Assembly: GCA_964613055.1 (NCBI GenBank)
Contig: CAZTGD010000008.1
Span: 70-64,069, forward strand
Source: an uncultured Caldisericales bacterium
Lineage (GTDB): Bacteria > Caldisericota > Caldisericia > JAAYUI01
Reading direction: 5' to 3'
Length of the DNA stretch: 64,000 bases
Shown piece by piece: positions 48,369 to 58,222 of this stretch. How positions within the stretch are numbered: position 1 is the stretch's first letter; each line of letters starts with the position of its first letter. The translations under genes and the position numbers were made by a program. Under the pieces are notes generated by a model. The model was given only the letters and a program-made list of their open reading frames with translations. It was not told where the DNA came from and ran no database searches.

Positions 48369-50895
48369 CGTCTTTGAGGACTAGATACGCTGAAAATGGT
48401 CTGCCTTTTCGACTGATAAAACCGCTAATCAAAGGAGTCTTACCCGCTTTTATGAGCGTTTCAACATCATCTCTTTCAATCCTCTTACCTAAAATTACCC
48501 TACCAATCGAAAATTTGCAAGACTTCTTACCATCCTTACACTTATATGCTCGTTCTGTTTCAGAAATAATACCGCCACAGACGGGACATTTACCCAGTGG
48601 TTCTGGGTTTATTTCAACCTTCTGTTCTTCTGTATTACCATTGTCAACGAATTCGAAATCAATTTTTCCATCCTCTTTTAGATGCATTATGGCGGAAAAT
48701 GGTCTGCCCGATCGACTCCTGAAATCAGAAAAAGGTCCAGCTTTTTTAGTTTCAAGAAGCTGTTTTGCTATCGTCTCGTCTATATACTTCCCTGCTACTG
48801 TCTTCCATATGGCAAACTTACATCCTTCATCTTGCTCATCATCCTTATTTTTCTTATTGTTCTTTTTCTTTTTTACATAATTACTACATCCAAAAGCCCT
48901 AAAATTTTCAATTATATCTCCACCGCACAAGGGACACTTTCCAATGGGTTCTTTCTCTTCGTTATTGATTGTACCGGCATCACCTTCCTTGACGCGCCTG
49001 GTGAAATCCTTTGTAAAATCGGTTATTCTTTTCATGAAGGTTTCAACCTTGATTCTTCCCTGTTCGACCTTTGTAAGACTGTACTCCCAGTTACCCGTCA
49101 TTTCAGGTGATACAAGCTCAAGAAGTGGAAAACCTACAAGAATGTCGTATAGCTGGATGCCCTTAGCAGTTGGAATTAGTTCTCTGCTTGCCCTGTCTAC
49201 ATAACCCACAGTTATTAGTCTTTCTATAATGGATGAACGAGTTGCGGGTGTACCCAAACCCTTACCCCTCATTGCCTCCTTCATCTCCTCATCGTCGAGT
49301 GCCTTACCTGCTCCTTCCATTGCTCCCAGTAGTGTTGCATCATTGTATCTCGCTGGTGGTTTTGTTTCCTTCTGTTCGAAATTAATATCTATACAGTCAA
49401 CACTGTCACCCTCTTTAACCTCGGGGATTTGAGATTCAGACATATTCTGTTTCCCATATACCTTAAGGAAACCAGCATCGATAAGTGTCTTTGCTGTAGT
49501 TCTAAAACGGTGTCCCTCTACTTCTGTTACACGCTCGATATGCTTCCACACAGCAGGTGGATAGAAGATTGAGATGAAGCGCCTTACGATAATATCATAT
49601 ATCTTCTGCTGTACTTCATCCAATTTGACACTCTCATTGTTATTGGAGGTCGGTATTATTGCAAAGTGGTCTGAGACCTTCTTGTTGTCAAATACACGTT
49701 TTGATTTTGATATGCCATCTTTTATGAGCGGTTTTGTATGGGGTGAATAGATTGTATTGTCGAACTTTCCCAATACCTTTGGAACAACATCTGTATAGTC
49801 TTCTGGAAGATGCCTGCTGTCAGTTCTGGGGTAGGTTATAAGCTTTTTTTCGTCGTACAGTGACTGGGCGATCCTGAGTGTATGGGACGCCCTCAACCCG
49901 AAACGCTTGTTGGCTTCCCTTTGCAGATCGTTGAGATTAAACAGCAATGGTGAATTCTGCTTTTTATTGCTGTGTTTCTCTAAGACTATCTGACCCTTTT
50001 TGCCTTTTACCTGATTAACTATTTTTTTAGTCAGTTTCTCAGAAGACAGTCTTTCCAGCCTGTCTCCATTCTTTACTTCATGATAAGCCTTCCAAGCAGA
50101 CGTTGCGAACTCAGGATTTAGCTTCTCAAGCTCTTTGAGGTCAGCTGTGGTGGCAATTGATTCCTTCTTCTGTCCTTTTTTCTCTGGTACCTGAATAAAC
50201 CACTTGCCCTGATACTCGCCCTTATTAGTGGAAAAATCAGCGTTTAATTCATAGTACTCAATTGGTTTGAAGCCAAGTATTTGTTTCTCTCTCTCAACGA
50301 GTATGGATAGTGTTGGCGTCTGAACTCTACCAACTGATAACAGAGTCCCTAGTCTACGTGTGAATGCACGAGTGGCATTGATACCTATTAGCCAATCAGA
50401 TACTGATCTGGCCTTTGCTGATTCTGCAAGATTTATTACTTCTTCGCTGTTTTTGAGTTCATCGAAGCCCTTCCTTATGGCATCTGCAGTCATTGACTGC
50501 AACCAAAGTCTCTTGAATTCTTTTGTCAATCCAAGGTATTCGTAGATATATCTGAAGATCAACTCACCTTCTCGACCAGCGTCACAAGCGTTAATAATCT
50601 CTTGAATATCCTTCTTTTTTGCCAGTTTCTTGATCATGTCCAGTCTTTTTTTGTTACCTTTGATTGGTTTCAAAGCAAACTCATCTGGAATTATTGGAAG
50701 GGAGGATAATGACCAAAATTTGAATTTCTTATCGTATTCTTCTGGCTCTGCCAGTGTGACAAGATGACCAACTGCCCAGGTGATATAAGAGGAGTCAGAC
50801 TCGTAGTATTCATCCTTTTTTTTGTATCCCCCCAATGCATTTGCAATATCTTTTGCAACGGAAGGTTTCTCTGTGAGTATTAAGGTATTCTTCAT
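48256..50895 (-). CDS. topA: DNA topoisomerase I with C-terminal zinc ribbons and a basic tail
   Basis: TOPRIM (MKNTLILTEKPSVAKDIA), a catalytic Tyr domain, multiple CPxCGG ribbons (…GKCPLCGGDI…, …GKCPVCGGII…) and a lysine-rich C-terminus. 879 aa. Confidence 0.95.
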   Translation of the reverse strand: MKNTLILTEKPSVAKDIANALGGYKKKDEYYESDSSYITWAVGHLVTLAEPEEYDKKFKFWSLSSLPIIPDEFALKPIKGNKKRLDMIKKLAKKKDIQEIINACDAGREGELIFRYIYEYLGLTKEFKRLWLQSMTADAIRKGFDELKNSEEVINLAESAKARSVSDWLIGINATRAFTRRLGTLLSVGRVQTPTLSILVEREKQILGFKPIEYYELNADFSTNKGEYQGKWFIQVPEKKGQKKESIATTADLKELEKLNPEFATSAWKAYHEVKNGDRLERLSSEKLTKKIVNQVKGKKGQIVLEKHSNKKQNSPLLFNLNDLQREANKRFGLRASHTLRIAQSLYDEKKLITYPRTDSRHLPEDYTDVVPKVLGKFDNTIYSPHTKPLIKDGISKSKRVFDNKKVSDHFAIIPTSNNNESVKLDEVQQKIYDIIVRRFISIFYPPAVWKHIERVTEVEGHRFRTTAKTLIDAGFLKVYGKQNMSESQIPEVKEGDSVDCIDINFEQKETKPPARYNDATLLGAMEGAGKALDDEEMKEAMRGKGLGTPATRSSIIERLITVGYVDRASRELIPTAKGIQLYDILVGFPLLELVSPEMTGNWEYSLTKVEQGRIKVETFMKRITDFTKDFTRRVKEGDAGTINNEEKEPIGKCPLCGGDIIENFRAFGCSNYVKKKKNNKKNKDDEQDEGCKFAIWKTVAGKYIDETIAKQLLETKKAGPFSDFRSRSGRPFSAIMHLKEDGKIDFEFVDNGNTEEQKVEINPEPLGKCPVCGGIISETERAYKCKDGKKSCKFSIGRVILGKRIERDDVETLIKAGKTPLISGFISRKGRPFSAYLVLKDDGKVGFEFEPRKKKTSRKGSKKSTSTRKKVKKTKNSK

Positions 50896-50990
50896 GGTGG
50901 TATTTTTTATGTTGATGTAATCGATCTGTCAATTATATCAATATGTTGATAATTAATAATGACTATGCTAGCATTCCTCCGCAGGTAACT

Positions 50991-52799
50991 ATGAAAAGCA
51001 TAAGAAACTTCTGTATAATAGCTCATATTGACCACGGCAAGTCCACGCTTGCAGACAGAATACTTGAGATGACAGATGTCATTCACACAAAGGACAATCA
51101 GCAGGTACTCGATTCAATGGATCTTGAACGAGAGCGTGGTATTACCATAAAGGCAAAACCTATAAGGATTCCATTCAAATCATCTGATGGTAAAGACTAC
51201 ATTTTTAACCTCATTGACACACCAGGACACGTTGACTTCAATTATGAGGTATCAAGGTCTCTCTATGCCTGCGAGGCGGCAATACTTCTCGTTGATTCCA
51301 GTCAGGGTGTTGAAGCTCAGACGGTTGCTAATGCCTATATGGCAATCGATGCCGGACTCGAAATAATACCAGTTCTTAACAAGATCGATCTTCCTCATTC
51401 AATGGTTGATGAATCAAAACTGCAGATAGAGGATATGCTGGGGATCAGCTCTGATGGTGCAATGGAGATATCAGCAAAGCATGGAACGGGTATTAACGAG
51501 TTACTCGAATCAATTCCAATCCTTGTTCCTCCACCTAAAGGAAATGAAAACGATCCACTGAAGTGCCTGATCTTCGATTCTCACTATGATACGTACAGAG
51601 GTGTCATTTGCTACATCAGAGTCTTCTCTGGTGAATTGAAATCGGGTGATGTAATCCAGATAAAATCGACAGGCAAGAAGTTTGAGGTTGAGGAAGTTGG
51701 ATACTTCAGGATGAAAGCTGAACGAACTGATACACTTCATGCTGGTGAAGTAGGTTATGTGAGTGCAGTGATTAGGGACTCAAACGATATACATGTAGGT
51801 GATACCATTATTTCAGCAGAACATCCTGATACTCCAGCAGTACCTGGCTTTAAGCGTATGAAACCAATGGTCTTCTGTGGAATATACCCAATAAACACAA
51901 ACGACTACGATAAACTCCAGAAATCAATAAACAAACTTGAGCTAAACGACTCCTCAATTACCTTTGAAAAGGAGAGTTCGGCGGCACTCGGTCATGGTTT
52001 CAGGGTTGGTTTCCTGGGTATGCTTCACATGGAGATATTTCTGGAAAGGTTAAGACGCGAGTTTGAGCAGGAACTTATCGCCACAATGCCCTCTGTGGCT
52101 TACGAGATCAATAAAACAAACGGAGATGTTCTTTCAATCGAGAATCCTTCTCTATTCCCATCCCCACAAGAGATTAACAGCATCAAAGAGCCAATCGTTA
52201 GAACACAGATTATGGTTCCTTCTGAGTATGTTGGTCAGTGCATGGAGTTGGCAAACTCCAAGCGTGGAACTCTGATTGAGATGGTGTATCCAGATACAAA
52301 AAGGACAACCCTTGTATACGATCTTCCACTTGCTGAGATGATCATTGAGTTTTACGACAAACTGAAGACAGTGAGTCGCGGTTATGCCAGTCTCGACTAC
52401 AACTTCAAGTCATTTGAGAAAGGTGATTTGGTAAAGGTCGACATATTGGTGAATGGAGATCAGGTGGATGCGCTATCATACATATCTGAAAGGGATAGCG
52501 CTGTTCCAAAGGCTAGAAAACTCGTCCACAGGTTACTGAAGCTTATTCCAAGGCAGCAGTTTAAGATACCCCTGCAAGGAGCGATAAACGGCAAGATAAT
52601 AGCTCGTGAGGATATCGCTCCAGTTAGAAAAGATGTGCTGGCAAAGTGTTATGGTGGTGATGTAACCAGAAAAAAGAAACTGCTTGAGAAGCAGAAGAAG
52701 GGCAAAAAGAGGATGAAGATGGTTGGTTCGGTTGAAGTGCCTCAGGAAGCCTTTTTATCATTGCTCAGCATCAATGACGATGGAAAAAATAATAAATAA
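50991..52799 (+). CDS. lepA: elongation factor 4 (LepA)
   Basis: GTPase motifs AHIDHGKST, DTPGHVDF and NKID, and the LepA-specific C-terminal domain. The ATG at 50991 is chosen over the upstream in-frame ATG of the track ORF. Confidence 0.95.
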   Translation: MKSIRNFCIIAHIDHGKSTLADRILEMTDVIHTKDNQQVLDSMDLERERGITIKAKPIRIPFKSSDGKDYIFNLIDTPGHVDFNYEVSRSLYACEAAILLVDSSQGVEAQTVANAYMAIDAGLEIIPVLNKIDLPHSMVDESKLQIEDMLGISSDGAMEISAKHGTGINELLESIPILVPPPKGNENDPLKCLIFDSHYDTYRGVICYIRVFSGELKSGDVIQIKSTGKKFEVEEVGYFRMKAERTDTLHAGEVGYVSAVIRDSNDIHVGDTIISAEHPDTPAVPGFKRMKPMVFCGIYPINTNDYDKLQKSINKLELNDSSITFEKESSAALGHGFRVGFLGMLHMEIFLERLRREFEQELIATMPSVAYEINKTNGDVLSIENPSLFPSPQEINSIKEPIVRTQIMVPSEYVGQCMELANSKRGTLIEMVYPDTKRTTLVYDLPLAEMIIEFYDKLKTVSRGYASLDYNFKSFEKGDLVKVDILVNGDQVDALSYISERDSAVPKARKLVHRLLKLIPRQQFKIPLQGAINGKIIAREDIAPVRKDVLAKCYGGDVTRKKKLLEKQKKGKKRMKMVGSVEVPQEAFLSLLSINDDGKNNK

Positions 52800-53898
52800 A
52801 GGGCTTTACATTCACATTCCATTCTGCAGGAAGAAATGTGATTATTGCGATTTCTATTCTCTTTCTGGTTCAGAAAGATTGATACCTTATTACGTGAATG
52901 CTATTTTGAAGGAAGCGTCATCATACGAAAATTATCCTATTGATACACTTTACATAGGCGGTGGAACACCTAGTTTGCTTGGTAAAGGAGTCAGAAGGCT
53001 TGTTGATGGTTTGAAATCGATCTTTAAGTTTGATTTAGAAGAAGCAACTGTGGAAGCCAATCCCGAATCCTGCAGTGATATCTTTTTAGAATCTGCTTTA
53101 AATGCCGGTATCAACAGAATCTCAATTGGCGTTCAGTCTCTAAATGACGATGAACTTAGTTCTGTGGGGCGTATCCATGACAGCAAAGAGGCATTGAATG
53201 CGATTTACAGATCTAAAAAAATTGGTTTTAAGGGAATAAGTGTTGATGTGATAATTGGACTCCCCGGGCAGGATTGGCACAGTTTAAGAAAGACTCTGTC
53301 GATACTCATTGACGCCCGCATAGGTCAGATATCAACATACTGTCTTTCAATTGAACGGAACACACCTCTGTTTAGCAACATTCCATACAACCTCCCAACT
53401 GAAGATAATCAAGCATCTCTTTACACAAAAACAAAAACATTCCTGGAAACATATGGATTCAAACACATCGAGATTTCAAGTTTCTCCCTACCAGGACATG
53501 AACCGATTCATAATCTGAACTGCTGGCGAGGAAGAGACTATATCGGACTGGGTGCAGGTGCGTCCTCTTTTATAGATGGAGTGAGATTCTCTAACAAGAA
53601 AGGTTTATCAGGATATATCTCTAATCCTTGCTCAAGAGGATCAATTGACGAAGAACTCAATGAAACAGAAAGAGCAGAAGATGAGGCAATGCTTCGATTG
53701 AGAATGCTGGATGAGGGACTGGATTTAAATGTTATGAGAGTACAATACAATACAGAAACAATTCGTACTATACTTGATCGCATATTAAAGCTTGAGGATG
53801 AAGGATTACTTGTTAGCAGAAACAATAAATACCTTATTCCTTCAGATAAAATACTCACATCAAATTCCATTTTTCAAAGGATTTTATATGGAGACTAG
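52774..53898 (+). CDS. hemW: radical SAM heme chaperone HemW (HemN-like, oxygen-independent coproporphyrinogen oxidase family)
   Basis: CxxxCxxC (CRKKCDYCDF), a HemN-like C-terminal domain, and the classic lepA-hemW adjacency. The start overlaps the lepA 3' end. Confidence 0.85.
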   Translation: MTMEKIINKGLYIHIPFCRKKCDYCDFYSLSGSERLIPYYVNAILKEASSYENYPIDTLYIGGGTPSLLGKGVRRLVDGLKSIFKFDLEEATVEANPESCSDIFLESALNAGINRISIGVQSLNDDELSSVGRIHDSKEALNAIYRSKKIGFKGISVDVIIGLPGQDWHSLRKTLSILIDARIGQISTYCLSIERNTPLFSNIPYNLPTEDNQASLYTKTKTFLETYGFKHIEISSFSLPGHEPIHNLNCWRGRDYIGLGAGASSFIDGVRFSNKKGLSGYISNPCSRGSIDEELNETERAEDEAMLRLRMLDEGLDLNVMRVQYNTETIRTILDRILKLEDEGLLVSRNNKYLIPSDKILTSNSIFQRILYGD

Positions 53899-54424
53899 CA
53901 ATACAAAAGGTTATGTTTTAGCGGGTTTTTTTATCGCACTGATGGCAATCTCTGCATATGTAAAAATTCCCACTCCATATGTACCTGTGACATTTCAGCT
54001 TATTGTAGCCATCACATCAGGAATAATACTCGGTCCATACCTAGGAGCACTTAGTATGTCTGTTTACGTCATACTTGGTCTCATTGGGCTTCCCATATTC
54101 TCGGGTGGAGGAGGATTTGGATACATATTGATGCCAACGTTTGGTTTTATTATCGGTTTCATATTTTCTTCATTTGTCGCTGGTTTGTTGTGGAGGAAAA
54201 GTGTTACCATGAGAATACTGTCAATAATTGCCAGTATTATAGTATGTTATACACCTGGAATTCTTTGGTTTTGGATGATTATGACAGATATGACACTACT
54301 TGGATCAATGCTGTTCATGGTCCTTTATGCGATAAAAGATGTCGCGTTGGGGGCTGTTCTATTTGGAACAATACACATTCTTAATTTCTACATAAAGGAT
54401 CTGGAGGTGAGGTGTGTTCAGTGA
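53888..54424 (+). CDS. bioY: ECF transporter S-component BioY (biotin)
   Basis: ~178 aa, 5-6 TM helices, with a BioY pattern (…TFQLIVAITSGIILGPYLGALS…GLPIFSGGGGFGYILMPTFGFIIGF…). The ATG at 53888 follows an AAGG RBS. Confidence 0.75.
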   Translation: METSNTKGYVLAGFFIALMAISAYVKIPTPYVPVTFQLIVAITSGIILGPYLGALSMSVYVILGLIGLPIFSGGGGFGYILMPTFGFIIGFIFSSFVAGLLWRKSVTMRILSIIASIIVCYTPGILWFWMIMTDMTLLGSMLFMVLYAIKDVALGAVLFGTIHILNFYIKDLEVRCVQ

Positions 54425-54743
54425 ATATTGGCATGTTTGGCTGATTTTGGTTCTTCCCGGTTCACGGAACTTTTACACATAACGGTAACAAAATGGGAAT
54501 ATTATCTTGGTTCAAGAGGTTAGTGGGTTTACCTTGTAGTTGGAATAGCATGCATTACTTGAACATTCTTCACGACAAGTCCGATACTTAAAACTTCATT
54601 CATCATTGTCGGGGCTAACCTTATCTGGAGTGTACACGAGCTCTTCAAACAATATCAACGCGTCGAGAATGGATGGTTCCCTGCTGGAAATGGACATGAG
54701 CTCGAAAAGGAAAGATGAATCACCAGGAAATAACCTTTGTTCC

Positions 54744-54772
54744 TTGAAGTGACTTCCTGTGGTAGTTATAAT
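54744..54772 (+). promoter_or_regulatory. sigma70-like promoter for ackA-purLMNH (-35 TTGAAG, 17-nt spacer, -10 TATAAT)
   Basis: TTGAAG at 54744-54749 and TATAAT at 54767-54772, with an AGGAGG RBS at 54811-54816 and the TTG start at 54822. Confidence 0.45.
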
Positions 54773-54821
54773 CACCATCTCATGAATGTCACATTAAGAA
54801 CGTAACTCGCAGGAGGCTAAA

Positions 54822-56027
54822 TTGAAAATACTCGTAATAAACTGTGGCTCATCGTCGATCAAGTTCAAGCTGTATGATATGAAAAAGGAAGATGAACTAT
54901 GTAGTGGTCTTCTTGAAAAGGTAGGGCATGATGATGCGATCTCTAATTACAAGAGGCCTGGCAAGGACAAGATCAAAAAAACACTTCCGATTAAATCGTA
55001 TATTGATGGGATAAGCCTTCTGCTTGAAATGATAACAAGCCCCGATGTTGGTGTGATATCTGATGTAACCGAGATAAATGCTGTAGGCCACAGAGTTGTA
55101 CACGGCGCAGAGACCTTCTCTGGTTCACAGCTGATTACCGAAGAAGTCATCAACAAGATGAATGAGTGCATCCCTTTAGCTCCACTTCATAATCCACCAA
55201 ATCTACACGGCATTTCAGCATTCAGGAAACTGCTACCAACAGTTCCACAATGCGGTGTCTTTGATACAGCCTTCCATCAGACAATGCCTCCAGAAGCCTT
55301 TATCTATGCCATACCATATGAGATGTATGAAAAGCATCGTATTCGCAGATACGGATTCCATGGTACTTCACATTACTTTGTATCACAGGAAGCGGCTAAG
55401 TTTCTCAAACGGGATATTGAGGATTTAAAGATAATAACATGCCATCTTGGTAACGGTTGCTCAATATGTGCCGTAGATGGTGGTGGATCGGTTGATACCT
55501 CTATGGGTATGACCCCCCTTGAAGGTCTTGTAATGGGTACGAGAAGCGGCGATATAGACCCTGCTTTAATAAAATTTATAATGGAGAAAGAAAATATCAG
55601 CATCGATCAAGCTGATAATATGCTCAACAAAAAGAGTGGTCTACTGGGTCTATGCGGATCAAACGATTCTCGCGATCTGGATGATGGCATGATTGCCGGT
55701 AATGAAAAAGACACTCTCGCTTTCAACATTATGACTCGAAGGATCACCAAGTATATCGGTGCTTATGCCGCAATAATGGGTGGACTGGATGTCCTCGTAT
55801 TCACAGCAGGGATAGGAGAGAATTCTGAGCACACAAGAGGTAAGGTGTGTGAGAATCTTGAATTCCTTGGGATTGAACTTGATTATGAAATGAACATAAT
55901 AAGGAGCAGTGAGATTAGGGATATCAGCGATGAGGATGCCAGAGTCAGGGTATTGGTTGTGCCAACCAATGAAGAACTTGTAATCGCCAGGGATACCAAA
56001 AAGATAATCGAAGCTAAAGGAATCTGA
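54822..56027 (+). CDS. ackA: acetate kinase
   Basis: ASKHA fold with N-terminal KILVINCGSSSIKF and conserved H/R/E catalytic positions. 401 aa. 1-nt overlap with purL. Confidence 0.95.
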   Translation: MKILVINCGSSSIKFKLYDMKKEDELCSGLLEKVGHDDAISNYKRPGKDKIKKTLPIKSYIDGISLLLEMITSPDVGVISDVTEINAVGHRVVHGAETFSGSQLITEEVINKMNECIPLAPLHNPPNLHGISAFRKLLPTVPQCGVFDTAFHQTMPPEAFIYAIPYEMYEKHRIRRYGFHGTSHYFVSQEAAKFLKRDIEDLKIITCHLGNGCSICAVDGGGSVDTSMGMTPLEGLVMGTRSGDIDPALIKFIMEKENISIDQADNMLNKKSGLLGLCGSNDSRDLDDGMIAGNEKDTLAFNIMTRRITKYIGAYAAIMGGLDVLVFTAGIGENSEHTRGKVCENLEFLGIELDYEMNIIRSSEIRDISDEDARVRVLVVPTNEELVIARDTKKIIEAKGI

Positions 56028-58222
56028 TGGATGAAGGAACAATTCAATCTGCTCTTGAATACGGATTGACTAGGAGTGAATTCGATCATATTGTCGATAT
56101 ACTTGGTAGAGTCCCCAATCAACTTGAGCTTGCTATATTCTCGGTTATGTGGTCTGAGCATTGCTCGTACAAATCTTCAAAGAAGCTACTCAAACAGTTT
56201 CCATCACAATCTCCCAATGTAATCCAGGGACCCGGCGAGAACGCTGGAATTGTGGACATCGGCGATAACCTGGCAGTTGTTTTTAAGGTCGAAAGCCATA
56301 ACCATCCATCTGCAATTGAACCCTATCAGGGCGCTGCGACCGGTGTTGGTGGAATAATACGGGACATTTTTACAATGGGTGCAAGACCAGTTCTAACACT
56401 TGACCCACTTTTCTTTGGATCAACCAGCGATCCTGAATCAAAGCGTCTGCTTGATGGAGTTGTTCGAGGTATCTCAGGATACGGCAATTGTGTGGGTGTG
56501 CCTAACCTTGGAGGGGAGCTTCACTTAGATGATTGCTACAAGAAGAATCCAATTATTAATGTATTTTGTTTGGGGATTGTCAAACACGATGAGATCAAAT
56601 ATGCAGGGGCCTCTCAACCGGGGGACGTTGTCATACTCATTGGTGCAAAGACCGGCAGAGATGGTATACATGGCGCTACTTTTGCCTCAGATGAATTATC
56701 TGAAGAATCAGAAGAAAAGAGGACAGCTGTTCAGGTAGGGGATCCATTTCTGGAAAAACTCCTTATTGAGTCAACACTTGAGCTAATATCTGATAACCTA
56801 ATCGAAGCAGTTCAGGACCTTGGTGCCGCAGGTTTGACCTCATCATCTGTAGAGATGTGTGGAAGGACAGGAAGAGGCATTGTACTTAACATGGACTCTG
56901 TTCCCCGAAGAGCAGAGAATATGAGTGCATATGAAATAATGCTTTCTGAGTCTCAGGAGAGGATGCTTCTGATGATCAAACCAGAAAACACTACAAAGGT
57001 TCACAGTGTCCTGTCAAAGTGGGATCTAGATTCAACCGTTATCGGAGAGGTTACAGATACTGGAAATATAGAGATTATCGATAATGGCGGTCTTGTCTGT
57101 AGTATACCAGTTACTTATCTAACTGATTCTGCTCCTGAACTAGATCTTCCAAGTAGAAGACCTGATCTTGAATTGAGAGCTAGGGAACCTGCCTGTTTTA
57201 CTTTGCCTTCATGGGATCACGAAGGATTGATCATCAAGATGGCTGGTTCTGCTGAGGGCTGTTCAAAGGAATGGATATACCATCAATACGACACCACTCT
57301 TCTCACAAACACAATGATTGCTCCTTCTTCTGGACCTGGAGTGATAAGAATAAAGAACACAGATAAAGTAATTGCTGTCACCAGTGATACAAAACCCCGT
57401 TACTGCTGGTTGAGTCCAAGTCGAGGTGGGACTCATACGGTGTTCGAAGCCGCAAGGAATCTTTATACTTCAGGTGTAAAACCATTAGCTGTTTCTGATT
57501 GTTTAAACTTTGGTAACCCAACAAAACCAGAGATATACTACGAGTTTTCTGAGTGTTTAAGAGGTATGATCCAAGCTCTTGAAATCCTAAAAATACCTGT
57601 AGTTTCTGGGAATGTCAGCTTCTACAATGAGAGTCCAGAATCTGCTGTTAAGCCCACACCCGTTGTGTTAATGGTTGGACTAGGTAAACAGGGTCGAATC
57701 AATCCACCAGGATTCCAACGTCCTGGTGATGTCATTATGCTTCTTGGTGATACTTATGAGGAATATGGTGGCTCTGCACTCTATAAAATCCTCACAGGTA
57801 AAACATTTGGCAGACTCCCCTCACTCCGACCGGATCAAGAGATATCTCTTGGTAAATTCATGCTAGAGGCAACTGATAAATATCTGATTGCATCAGCTGT
57901 TGATCTTTCAGATGGAGGTCTCGCTCAATCGCTGATCGAATCTGTATGTGAATCGGGCATGGGTGCGCAGATAACCCTTAAAGCAAATGCCTTGATGCTA
58001 ACAAAGATGTTATTTTCAGAATCATCTGCGAGGGCAATGATATCAGTATCACCAGAAAAGGTGTTGGATGTGCAGGAATTGTCTCACCAACACAGTGTTA
58101 CAAATGAGATAATTGGTATCGTTGGTGGCAATACACTCTCCGTTGCTGGCAATTTTGACATACCAGTCAGCAAGCTATCAGATGTGTATTTTAATTCACT
58201 TAGGGAGCTAATGGATGGCTGA
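56027..58222 (+). CDS. purL: phosphoribosylformylglycinamidine synthase subunit PurL (large subunit of the three-part PurLQS-type enzyme)
   Basis: 731 aa with duplicated AIRS/AIRS_C domains (…GAATGVGGIIRD…). No purQ or purS lies in the window. Confidence 0.95.
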   Translation: MDEGTIQSALEYGLTRSEFDHIVDILGRVPNQLELAIFSVMWSEHCSYKSSKKLLKQFPSQSPNVIQGPGENAGIVDIGDNLAVVFKVESHNHPSAIEPYQGAATGVGGIIRDIFTMGARPVLTLDPLFFGSTSDPESKRLLDGVVRGISGYGNCVGVPNLGGELHLDDCYKKNPIINVFCLGIVKHDEIKYAGASQPGDVVILIGAKTGRDGIHGATFASDELSEESEEKRTAVQVGDPFLEKLLIESTLELISDNLIEAVQDLGAAGLTSSSVEMCGRTGRGIVLNMDSVPRRAENMSAYEIMLSESQERMLLMIKPENTTKVHSVLSKWDLDSTVIGEVTDTGNIEIIDNGGLVCSIPVTYLTDSAPELDLPSRRPDLELRAREPACFTLPSWDHEGLIIKMAGSAEGCSKEWIYHQYDTTLLTNTMIAPSSGPGVIRIKNTDKVIAVTSDTKPRYCWLSPSRGGTHTVFEAARNLYTSGVKPLAVSDCLNFGNPTKPEIYYEFSECLRGMIQALEILKIPVVSGNVSFYNESPESAVKPTPVVLMVGLGKQGRINPPGFQRPGDVIMLLGDTYEEYGGSALYKILTGKTFGRLPSLRPDQEISLGKFMLEATDKYLIASAVDLSDGGLAQSLIESVCESGMGAQITLKANALMLTKMLFSESSARAMISVSPEKVLDVQELSHQHSVTNEIIGIVGGNTLSVAGNFDIPVSKLSDVYFNSLRELMDG

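Noticed and set aside
48233-48880. 215-aa plus-strand ORF opposite the topA 3' region.
   Set aside because: It is antisense to the topA zinc-ribbon/basic tail, with a Phe/Leu/Ser-rich low-complexity product and no RBS.
54454-54474. Possible weak terminator (TTCC…GGAA stem plus TTTT) after bioY.
   Set aside because: The stem is only 4 bp with an 8-nt loop, which is marginal, so it is not reported as a feature.
54596-54778. 60-aa minus-strand ORF in the bioY-ackA intergenic region.
   Set aside because: It overlaps the predicted ackA promoter, and no SD precedes its start. It is kept only as a remote possibility for a small protein.
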